From Octopus sinensis (lineage: Eukaryota), in NCBI RefSeq assembly GCF_006345805.1, contig NW_021827579.1, forward strand, positions 1 to 28,316: 28,316 nucleotides of DNA, in the 5' to 3' direction. Below are positions 10,159-20,957 of the stretch, piece after piece. The notes beneath the pieces are model-generated. The model was not told the origin of the DNA. It saw only the letters and a program-made list of their open reading frames with translations, and did no database searches. Both the position numbers and the translations under genes were made by a program. Position 1 is the stretch's first letter; the number at the start of each line of letters is the position of its first letter.

Positions 10159-10628
10159 AATACATACACACACACACACATACACACACACACATCGTTA
10201 TCTGTACATCCCCTGTGTACGTATATGATTACCTACCACACAGCATCCGGGGAACTACAGACGGCAGTGGAATAATAATTGGATTGCCAGTTCAGACCAA
10301 GCACCTCACGTACACGTACCTACGTGTACGTGCGTGTATATATCTTATACACGTAGGCGCACAAACATACAAACGTGCGCGCTCATATATATGTGTATTT
10401 ATGTGTGTGTGAATATGTAATTATATATATATGTGTGTTTGTGTATATGTGTATCTATGTAAGTAAAATTAATTATATTTTATGTATATCTATATCTCTC
10501 TCCCCCTCTCCTTCTCTATCTATCTAATTATCTGTCTGCTTGTTGTCTGTCTGTTTGTCTATCTCTCCCTCTCCCCTCTCCTCATCTCTCTCTCTCCTCC
10601 TCCCTACTACCTACCTACCTACCTACCC

Positions 10629-10733
<105 letters not shown>

Positions 10734-10738
10734 ATATG

Positions 10739-10788
<50 letters not shown>

Positions 10789-10818
10789 CTATACATATAT
10801 ATATGTATATATATATAT

Positions 10819-10851
<33 letters not shown>

Positions 10852-10853
10852 GA

Positions 10854-10889
<36 letters not shown>

Positions 10890-11218
10890 CAATGACACAA
10901 ATATACATGTGTCCAATTCCTAGAATTGCTTTTTTTTTCAAAAAAACTTCCACGAAGTTACACAGGACACATATTCAGTTGGAGGCGGGATACCCCTCCA
11001 AACAGCAGTTCTCACAATCAAGTAAGAAAAAAAATTGCTCTACCGCAGGCAGACCAAAGCTCAAAATCCAGTGAGGACTCCTTCCTTGTGCAAAAAAAAA
11101 CCAAAAAACAAAAAGAAAATAAACCTCACAAACAATGAATCCCACTGGACTCAAAAAGCAAATTGTCTTACCTTACAGTAGAACATCTTTCAATTACAAT
11201 TTTCGTCCGCGCAAACCT

Positions 11219-11312
11219 TAGGTGAGCGTCTTCTACTATAGCCTCCGTCAACCAAAGCCTGTGTATGGATTTGGTAGTCGGAAACTGAAGAAGCCCATCT
11301 TATATATATATC

Positions 11313-11359
<47 letters not shown>

Positions 11360-11360
11360 G

Positions 11361-11412
<52 letters not shown>

Positions 11413-11802
11413 TGTTTTTTTTCTTCATTTGTATTGCTTTTACGTCCTGTCTTTGTCACTCTTTTCACCCCTCTGCAAGAGAATTTTATTTAATTCATTT
11501 TGCAGCAAGGACTGCTTCGGCCGGATCGTGTTCTGCCCTTACCTTCGAAACACGCATTGAGTCGAAACAGGGGCAGCTGAAGAAGGGGAATGTTCCTTGT
11601 GTTGGTTGTCTTGTACTCTGTTTTTTCGTTGTTAAAAAAAGTCCGTTTCCTTGTTTGGTATTTTGTTTTCGTTTCTCGTTGTGTTCTACGTTTATTTGTG
11701 GTGTCCTGTACCCATACATATATGCATGTATATATACATATAGATGTAGGTGTGTACATATATGTATGTATGTATGCATATGTTTTATTTATTATTTTGC
11801 TA

Positions 11803-11861
<59 letters not shown>

Positions 11862-11970
11862 ATTAGTACTAGGTTTACAAAGTCCTGGAATCGATTTCTT
11901 CGACTAAAACCCTTTAAGGTGGTGCTCCAGCGTGACTACAGTCAAATAACTGAAACAAGTAAAAGATTAA
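11219..11970 (+). mobile_element. 5'-truncated SINE interrupted within its internal (AT)n
   Basis: The middle part (11219-11300) and the tail (11860-11970) match, in the same order, the minus-strand copy at 20650-21350. Confidence 0.6.
11410..11810 (+). repeat. interspersed element inserted in (AT)n; related copy inverted at 14060-14340
   Basis: 11600-11790 aligns by eye to the reverse complement of 14100-14300. Confidence 0.65.
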
Positions 11971-12074
11971 AAAAAACTCGTTCCGTGAAAATATAAAGGT
12001 CAGCTTAGGTCAATTTGAATGTTCGATTGCATTTGTTCTATTCCGATTGCCTGAGTGTTTCATGGCTTTACTCT

Positions 12075-12358
12075 TCTTCGCAATGGAAGATTTTGCTCGT
12101 GATATTAACGTACATGTGACTGAGCATACCATAGCCATACGTTCCCTTAACGTAGTCCTGAAGGAAATTTAGCGTGACACAGAATGTGACGAGGCTGGCC
12201 CCTTTTAATTACTGGTACTACTTAATTCTACCGGTTGAATGAACTGGAGCAACGTGAAATAAAGTGTTTTGCTCAAGGACGTGGCGTGTTGCCAGGAATC
12301 GAACTCATGACATGACGATCATGAGCTGCATACCCTAACCACTGAGCCATGCGCCCTC
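12075..12358 (-). mobile_element. tRNA-derived SINE (same family as 26659-26880)
   Basis: Minus head GGCGCATGGCTCAGTGGTTAGGG...GAGTTCGATTCC (box A and box B); body GGCCAGCC..GTCACATTCTGTG...ACTACGTTAAGGG shared with the 26659 copy. Confidence 0.85.
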
Positions 12359-12385
12359 ATACTTTAAAGTTACAGAAAAATTTAA

Positions 12386-12617
12386 GGCGGCGAACTGGCA
12401 GGATCGTTAGCACGCCGGGCGAAATGCGTAGCCGTATTTCGTCTGCCGTCACGTTCTGAGTTCAAATTCCGCCGAGGTCCACTTTGCCTTTCATCCTTTC
12501 GGGGTCGATAAATAAAGTACCAGTTACGCACTGGGGTCGATGTAATCGACTTAATCCATTTGTCTGTCCTTGTTTGTCCTCTCTGTGTTTAGCCCCTTGT
12601 GGGTAGTAAAGAAATAA
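12386..12617 (+). mobile_element. tRNA-derived SINE, full length
   Basis: Head GGCGGCGAACTGGCAGGATCGTTAG...GAGTTCAAATTCC, tail TTAGCCCCTTGTGGGTAGTAAAGAAATA; near-identical copy at 25926-26149. Confidence 0.9.
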
Positions 12618-12802
12618 GTATTTCGCCTTTCTTTACATTCTGAGTTCAAATTCCGACAAGGTCGACTTTGCTTTTCTTCCTTTCGGGGTCGATAAATTAA
12701 GAACCAGTTACGCACTGCTATCGATGTAATCGACTTAACCCCTTTGTCTATCCTTGTTTGTCCCCTCTGTGCTTAGCCCCTTGTGGGCAATAAAGAAATA
12801 AG
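12618..12802 (+). mobile_element. 5'-truncated tandem second copy of the same SINE
   Basis: Repeats the sequence from GTATTTCG through the AATAAAGAAATA tail. Confidence 0.85.
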
Positions 12803-12814
12803 AAAATTTTAAAC

Positions 12815-13269
12815 GCAGGCTGAAGAAAACAATTTGCAGTTCAAAGCTGACAAGTTTCAAACATTCCGCGATCGATCCACAAGCAGACTGTAGTCAGAAT
12901 ACGCAGGACCGAGGGTCAGTGCATTCACAATGTTAGAGTTGGTGTGTGTCGTCGGAATCCATATGAATGATACTGCATCATTCAGTGTGTATGTTACTAA
13001 GCTGACAAACAATTTTCAGGCGACTGATGGTTGGATTCTGAGATCAATCATAGATACAGTGAAAGGAATCATGTTGCTCCGGCGCCTAGTTTAATGGTCT
13101 CTATTAATGGTGGCCGCGAAGCGTAAAAATTAACAGTAGAACGTATTGAAATCCTACACCACGACACGAAAAAGAATTGCCTCGGTTCAACAGACGGGCT
13201 ACTTAGGTGAAATTAAAAGAGTTGTAGTTCTACTCCCTGGAGAGAAGACTCGAAAGATATGCAGCGATA
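12815..13269 (+). pseudogene. CR1/L2-group LINE reverse transcriptase C-terminal region, part 1
   Basis: QAEENNLQFKADKFQTFR ... VGIHMNDTASFSVYVTKL...GWILRS ... LKEL*FYSLERRLERYAAI, with frameshifts. Confidence 0.75.
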
Positions 13270-13952
13270 AAAATATCAGAGTAAGGACATAAATGCGAAG
13301 CATTAAGGTTTTCTGCGATTTTTATGATAATATTTTAAACGGCAAATGTAATTTCATGCAACCGGTTATGTTATTGAAAAGACCGTCAGATGTAAGGACC
13401 GATGAAACAAAACCATTTTCAAATGTGTATCTATGAAAGCATTGTATTTCTGTATATAACTTTATCTTGCTCCATTCTAAACAAAACAGTTCAACGAACG
13501 GGAACGTGAAACTCTGAGTAACAAGTTTTGTGATATTTTGTGATATTTGCTGCTTTTTGATAAAGTATATATCAATATATCTGTAAAAGATTTAAAGATA
13601 TATATATCTGTATATATATATATATTATATATATATATATATGTATATATGTATATATGTATGTATGTATGAATATATGTATATACTAATAATAGAAGGG
13701 TAAAATTTATTAAGTAAATTAATTAATTAATTAATAATTCTACCAAGTAGATCGGTACGTTAAAATAACCTTTATAGGTAAAATTATCCACATAATTATA
13801 ATTAGGGTTCAGCTAACTGCTTCACCAAATACCGAAATTAGAAAAAGGAGTTAAAAATTCCTTTCCTGCTACTATAAGCATTTCCATGACGGTAAACATA
13901 CATTTTTACGAAGGCAAAGAGGAAAAACAATGAATCAACACGACCAGGATTA

Positions 13953-14015
13953 ACTACATACGCGTTTCGAGATTAAAGTAATTTAAATTTTACTTACTTC
14001 TCTCTTCAGTATAAT
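13953..14015 (-). ncRNA. type I hammerhead ribozyme fold (HHR-C)
   Basis: Minus strand ATTATA-CTGAAGA-GAGA-AGTAA-(12-nt loop)-TTACT-TTAA-TCTC-GAAAC-GC-GTA-TGTAGT. Fully canonical core, 6-bp stem I (2 G-U), G-C closing pair on stem II, palindromic ACGCGT stem III. Confidence 0.8.
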
Positions 14016-14059
14016 ATGTCCCATTTTTTATAAGATTTGAAAGTTCTATGGCCGAATAT

Positions 14060-14400
14060 GCACACTTACTTGGAAAAGGATGCGTGGCGTTCGATCATAT
14101 AATAATATAAATAATATATAAATATATGCATATATACATACATATATGTACATACCTACATATACATGTATATATACATGCATATATAGGTACAGGACAT
14201 CAAAAAAACGTTGAACACAATGAAAAACGAAGACATAAAAACAAAAACATAGAAAACGAACTTTTTTTCCGAACAACGAAAAAAAAGTCCAGAGAAACGA
14301 GACATGCAACATAAAGAATGGGAATATACCCATATATGCATGTATATATACATGTATATGTAGGAATGTACATATATATATGCATATATATATATGCATA
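14060..14400 (-). repeat. inverted copy of the 11410 family with a short inverted terminal duplication
   Basis: 14147-14187 is the reverse complement of 14332-14372 (1 mismatch in 41 nt). Confidence 0.65.
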
Positions 14401-14445
14401 TATATATTATATATATATATATATATTATATATATTATATATATA

Positions 14446-14483
<38 letters not shown>

Positions 14484-14577
14484 TAGTGAATTGAAGAATG
14501 GAGTTGAACTTTTGATTAATCTGCAACAAGATTATTCATCTTTCTATTTCACATATATATATATAATTATATTATGC

Positions 14578-14656
<79 letters not shown>

Positions 14657-14694
14657 TATATATGTGTTATATATATATATATATATATATGTAT

Positions 14695-14747
<53 letters not shown>

Positions 14748-14750
14748 AAA

Positions 14751-14802
<52 letters not shown>

Positions 14803-14939
14803 TACATATATGTATATATATATTATTAGTGAATTGAAGAAATGGAGTTGAACTTTTGATTAATCTGCAACAAGATTATTCATCTTTCTATTTCACATAA
14901 ATATATATATATATATATCATATATAAATATAATATATC

Positions 14940-15001
<62 letters not shown>

Positions 15002-15027
15002 ATATATATTATATATATATATATTAT

Positions 15028-15059
<32 letters not shown>

Positions 15060-15077
15060 AAATATATATAATATATA

Positions 15078-15119
<42 letters not shown>

Positions 15120-15160
15120 TATATGCATACATATATGTATATATATATATATTATTTATT
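14380..15160. repeat. long (AT)n array with a duplicated 75-bp island
   Basis: The island occurs at 14481-14555 and 14824-14899. Confidence 0.9.
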
Positions 15161-15543
15161 AGGGAATAAAAATTGCAGCATCACAGGGATTCAGACAAAT
15201 TGAATTATTCTCTATAAGGAAATATATGTTATTTAGAGATAGAAGTCCCCATGCAATTCATCAAATCCTAATATCCTAATATACATCACGCCATATAATA
15301 GAATTTTATTTTAATACTTACTATTTCAGTGCCAAATTTCTCTTCTACACTTGTTTCATGAGGTGCGTTTAACGTTCACTAGACACACAGTCTTTTTCAG
15401 AAACATGTCTTAACTGCAACCCCAATCATCAGGACTCTTCTTAACATTTTTATAATTCAATAACTATTTCTATATTTTAATATTTTAACAGTTTCGAATG
15501 TAACTAACAGACAAATATGCGTGTGTGCAAATAAATTCGCCGA

Positions 15544-15870
15544 ATATATATATGGAAGATCCTGGAAAGTCTAGCACTCGACTTTAAGATAGAAAGCTCT
15601 GCTAAACGCCGGACTGAATGCCTCTGCTTATACTATCAAAGGTCTCGCTATCTCTGTCCAGAATAAGGACTCAAAACCGTAACAGCTTAGGTTTCAAAGG
15701 TTCTCAGATTTTCCGTACCAGACTAAAAGGAACCTGATGTCTACGAGTTTAAGACGTCGACGTATTCGAAGAACAATTAGACAAATTTTTACCTGCTGTC
15801 CAGGACGAAACCACCACAAGGTAAGAAACTCAAAGAATAGCAGCTCTGTCCAGCTGACTGCTTCATCGGG
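15544..15870 (+). pseudogene. CR1/L2-group LINE reverse transcriptase C-terminal region, part 2
   Basis: IYIWKILESLALDFKIES ... NSLGFKGSQIF ... DVDVFEEQLDKFLPAVQDET; continues part 1. Confidence 0.75.
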
Positions 15871-16146
15871 ACAAGTTCCGCAGACAGAACCAGGAAGTGA
15901 GTTTTAAAAAAAAAAGGCATTATCGATAATGGCAGTGCCCCAGCATGGTCAGAACTCATGATTTTTGTCCTTGGGTAGTAACTGTTATTTTTTATTTGCT
16001 CACCCCTAGAAAATATGAAAAATGGTTAAGATTTCCTTCAAACTTTGCTTTTCATACATTTATTCAAAACCCCTAGACTCCCTCTCAACACACGGCTACG
16101 ATGCTCCCCACAAATACTCCTGCTCATCATCAGAGATGCACATATT

Positions 16147-16717
16147 GTCAGTTGCTAAAGGACATGCTCAAGTGGTTAAGGTCAAACAACTGACAAGCAA
16201 ATCTCTGGTATTGAGCAGAATATTTGCTATAACGATATTTCTGCTACAGCAACTCAGTACTGATTCTGTGTGAAATGTAATGGAAAATAGGTCAGTTTGG
16301 AAACATTGATGTCCAGGTCAGAGAAGCAAAGTTTGAAGGGAATGGTAGTCATTTCCTTTGGTTTCTAGATAGAAGTAAATAGGAAATGACACTCACTGAC
16401 TAAAGACAACAAACAAATTTGTGGTATTGAGCAGAATATTTGCTGAAACGTGTCGTCAGCCACTAAGGGACATGCTCAACTGGTTAAGGTCAAGCAACTG
16501 ACAAACAAACCTGTGATATTGAGCAGAATATTTGCTATAACGATATTTCTGCTTCAGCAACTCAGCACTGAATCTGTCTGAAATGTAATGGAAAATAGAC
16601 CAGTTTCAAAACACAGATGTCCAGGTCCCAGAAGCAAAGTGTGAAGGGAATAGTAGTCGTTTCCTTTGATTTCTAGACAATAGCAAATAGGAAATAACAC
16701 TTACTGACCGAAGACAA
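16147..16717. repeat. diverged 263-bp tandem duplication
   Basis: 16147-16409 versus 16455-16717. Confidence 0.85.
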
Positions 16718-17009
16718 AAAAAAAAGAAACATTTTGTTACACAGAATAATAAAATGATAGAATAATAGAATATAATTCTTCGCTTGGGATAGAGATGTGT
16801 TGTTTTAGCTCAGTGCCATAACAAAATCAAGAAGAAACCTTTATTCCTGTATGATATAGAGTGGTAGATTTTAAATGATATTGAGGCTGGTCCAATGCTG
16901 TGACACCGATTTTTAGTGTCTGCCTGGCATTTCTACAGAATTGTGGGGGTCGGGTGGGGGAGAGGCATGAAATGCAAATGAAGAACAAATCAGTTGGCAA
17001 CAATATAGA

Positions 17010-17030
17010 ATCGATATATATGTATATACA

Positions 17031-17073
<43 letters not shown>

Positions 17074-17192
17074 TATATATGTATGTATGTATGTATGTGT
17101 GTGTGTGTATGTACAGACAGACAGACAGACACTACAAATGTACATATAAACACAAATACACAAACATACACACACACACACATACAAATATG

Positions 17193-17226
<34 letters not shown>

Positions 17227-17310
17227 GCACGAATATATATATATATACATACATACATACAAATACGTATAGATATTCATGTATGCAAATGTGAGCATAT
17301 ATATATTATA

Positions 17311-17357
<47 letters not shown>

Positions 17358-17561
17358 CATGTATATATACATATACAGGCATAAATACAATACATACACA
17401 TATACATATATGCATACATAATATATATACATATACATATTAAAGTATATACACACACACATTCACACAAGTACATATATATTTAGACATACACACACAT
17501 ACATATGTATATATTGTAGAGGTCCGTAAATATTGTGTGTGTATATGTATATATATTTTTT

Positions 17562-17594
<33 letters not shown>

Positions 17595-17690
17595 CATAAA
17601 TATTATATAGATATATTGTTTATATATGTATGTACACATATGTAAAGAGGTTGCTTGTATTTACACATATACTACACTCACACATACCAG

Positions 17691-17748
<58 letters not shown>

Positions 17749-17750
17749 TT
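17010..17750. repeat. (AT)n/(CA)n/(GT)n compound microsatellite
   Basis: Seen directly. Confidence 0.95.
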
Positions 17751-18049
17751 GAGATGGGTGTAGAACGAGAGAGGGAGACCGAGAAAGAGACAAAGAAAGA
17801 GAGAAAGAAGAAAAAAATGTGTCCAGACTCTTTTATCTGCGAAAACTAATGCAAAAACATAGGAGTAAGGTATTATTTATTGGTGGCCGTGTGAATGGCT
17901 GATGCCGAGCGATTATATCATCGAATTGGCATTCGCATTCACACCTAGCTCGATCGTAATATCGATTTATCTGTTTATCGATTTCGCTCGAGATTCTATT
18001 AAGGTTTGACAGAGTGACGAGTGACTCGGATTTTTATTTGCTATGATAA

Positions 18050-18290
18050 CAGTAGTAGTAGTATAGTGGTGGTGGTAGTAGTAGTTGTAGTAGTTGTAGT
18101 AGTAGTAGTAGTTGTTGTTGTTGTTTGTGTTGTTGTTGTTGTTGTTTGCTTCTAGGAAAAGCTGCTCTGGCTTTTTGCATTCAGTTATTCTTAATAGTCG
18201 CCATGTTGTTTTTGTTAGTTTTCGTTGTAGTAGTAGTAGTCGTGGTGGAGTTCGAAGTTGTGGTCGTTGTCCTCATCGTCGTCGTCGTCG

Positions 18291-18337
<47 letters not shown>

Positions 18338-20033
18338 TTCACCGTCACAATCTGCACCAAACCGGTGCCGCCGCCACCACCGTCACCACCACCATCGCCT
18401 CCGCCACCGCCGCGACCACCACCACTACCACCATCACCACCGCCGCCACCACCACCACCATTTCCGTCTCCTCATTCCTCTTCCTCCTCCTCCTCCACCG
18501 CCGCCTCTCTGTCTTCTTGCTTTTTCTCCTTATCTCCCTCTTCTTCACCACCATCACCACCACCACCATTTTCATGAGCATAACAGTAACGATGATGATA
18601 CTAATGATCATCATCTTCCTCCTCTTTCTCCTCTTTCTCCTCTTCAACTTCCTCCTCCTCCTCCTTCTTATATTTCTTTATCATCATCATCATCTTCTCC
18701 TTACATCTTCTTTCTCTTCTTCTTCTTTTCTTCTTCTTCATCTTCTTCTTCTTCTTCTTCTTCATCTTCAGTTCTTCATTCTATTCTTCTCCTTCTTCTT
18801 CTTCTTCTCTTTTTCTTCTTCTTCTCTTCTACTCTTCATATCATTTTCTTCTTCTTCTGCTTCCTCTTCTACACTTAATTCACTTCTTCTCTCTTCATTC
18901 TTCCTCTTCTTCTTCCTCTTCTTACATCTTTTCACCTCTTCTTTTCTCCTTATTTTCTTCTTCTCTTCTTCTTCTTTTTTTTTCTTCTTCTTCTATTCTA
19001 TTCTCTCCTTATTCTTCCTTCTCTCTTCTTTCTTTTTCTTCTTCTTATTTCTTTCTTCGTCTTCTTCTCTCTCCTTCTTTATTCGCCTTCTTCTATTATT
19101 ATTTTTCTTCTTCTTCTTCTTCTTCTTCTTCTTCTTCCGCCTTATCGTTCGCCTCCTTGCTGCAGTAATGCTTTCTCGGCCGACCGACCGACCGACTGAC
19201 CGAGCGATGAGCCGATCGATCAATCGATCAATCGATCGAATTATCGTAATTACGTGGATATGGAAAGGAGGGGTAGGAAGAAGAAGGTGAAGAAGAAGAA
19301 GAAGGAAAAGAAGAAGAAGAAGAAGAAGAAGAAGAAGACGAAGAAGAAGAAGGAGGAGGAGGAGGACAAAAGGTAAAGAAGAAAAAGGAAGGGAAGAAGA
19401 TGATGATGATGATAATGGAGAAGAAGGAGGTGAAATAGGATAAGAAAAAGGAGAAAAGGAAGAATAAATAAAATAAAAAAGAAACAAAACACCTCAAAAT
19501 GGCTACAAAAGTCAGGTATGCGTTATTCGGTTGCATGTTGAGAAAACGTACATATACACACTCATGCAGAAAGAGAGAGAAAGAGATAGAGGGAGAATGA
19601 AAGAGAGAGAAAATGAGAGATATAAAGAAAGGGGGAGTGGGAGAATGAAAGAATGAGAGGGGGAAAGAGAGAATAAAAGGGAGAGAGTGGGAGAAAGAGG
19701 AGAGAGCGAGAAATAAAGAGAGAGACAGAAGAATATTGAGAAAGGGGACTGCGAGAGTGAAAGAAAGAGAAGGAGAGAGAAGGGGAGAGATATAGCGGGA
19801 GGGGGAAAGAGAGAATGAAAGAGAGAGGGGGAGAAAAGAAGAAAAGAGAGAGGAGAGAGGAGCGAGAGGGAGAATGAAAAGAGAAAGAGGGAGTGACAGT
19901 GAATGAAAAAGAAAGAGAGTGAATGAAAAAGAGAGAGAGGGAAGGAGAGGAGAAGAGAGACTGGGAGGTAGGGGTGAGAGGAAGCATTAAAGAGAGAAAG
20001 AGAGGGAAAGACAGAAGAGAGTGATTGAGAGAA

Positions 20034-20070
<37 letters not shown>

Positions 20071-20085
20071 TAGAAAGAGAGAAAA
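18050..20085. repeat. compound trinucleotide arrays, polypyrimidine tract then polypurine tract
   Basis: (GTA)n, (CAT)n, (CAC)n, then (CTT)n to 19137; (GAA)n and GA-rich sequence 19270-20085. Confidence 0.9.
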
Positions 20086-20219
20086 TAATAAAAATATAAA
20101 AATTGGCGGGAATGACATTGCATGACACAGACGGCTCACTTTCGACGCCAGAAGAAAAAAAAGACCAGAAAGACCGCCATGTTTGTATCAGTATGAAATA
20201 CTGATTGGGCGAAGATGTA

Positions 20220-20277
20220 ATTATTATTGCTGTTGTTGTGGTTGCTGTTGGTCGTGTTGTTGTTGTTGTTGTTGTTG

Positions 20278-20312
<35 letters not shown>

Positions 20313-20426
20313 CATTATTATTATCATTATTATTATTATTATTATCATTATATTATTATATTATTATTATTATTATTATTGTTATTATTATTATTATCAT
20401 TATTATTATTATTGTTATTATTATTA

Positions 20427-20464
<38 letters not shown>

Positions 20465-20515
20465 GTTGTTGTTGTTGTTGTTGCTGTTGTTGTTGCTGCT
20501 GCTACTGCTGCTGTT
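20220..20515. repeat. (GTT)n/(TAT)n microsatellite
   Basis: Seen directly. Confidence 0.95.
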
Positions 20516-20649
20516 GTTTCACTAGATCCAACTCAAGCAAATATGGCCGACAATAACGGCGTTTGACGTTGAGTAAAGATGACATATCAGTGATTCAGTT
20601 AAAAAAATGTATAAGTCTATCTTGGAAACACAGCAAAGAAGTACATTTT

Positions 20650-20873
20650 ACTTTACTCTTTTTTAGATACCTTTGACCTTTTACTAGTTTCGGTCATTGG
20701 ACTGTGGCCATGCTGGGACCCGTTTGGAACGGTTTTGTGTTGAACAAATCGACTGCAGTTGTTTTATGTTTCGTTTTTAAGTCTATCATTTATTCCGGGG
20801 ATTTAAACACACCAACACCGGTTGCCAAGTGACGCTGGGAGTGAAACACAGACGAAGACATATCTATCCATCC

Positions 20874-20957
<84 letters not shown>

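Noticed and set aside
11545-11600. GAAAC...CTGAAGA order suggesting a type II hammerhead
   Set aside because: Stems I and III do not form.
12386-12470. tRNA-like sequences at SINE heads (also 5490, 12358, 21350, 25926, 26659)
   Set aside because: They have box A and box B but no complete cloverleaf and continue into repeated SINE bodies; not tRNA genes.
14481-14899. Repeat-spacer appearance suggesting a CRISPR array
   Set aside because: Only two 75-bp copies, the spacer is (AT)n, the context is eukaryotic and there are no cas genes.
15395-15435. GAAAC-AT-GTC on plus and CTGATGA on minus
   Set aside because: The two core halves are on opposite strands; no complete fold on either.
18112-19290. 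392-aa ORF and the many poly-Ile/Tyr, poly-Leu, poly-Asn and poly-Gln ORFs across the window
   Set aside because: They are translations of microsatellites that lack stop codons in some frames; no domain content.
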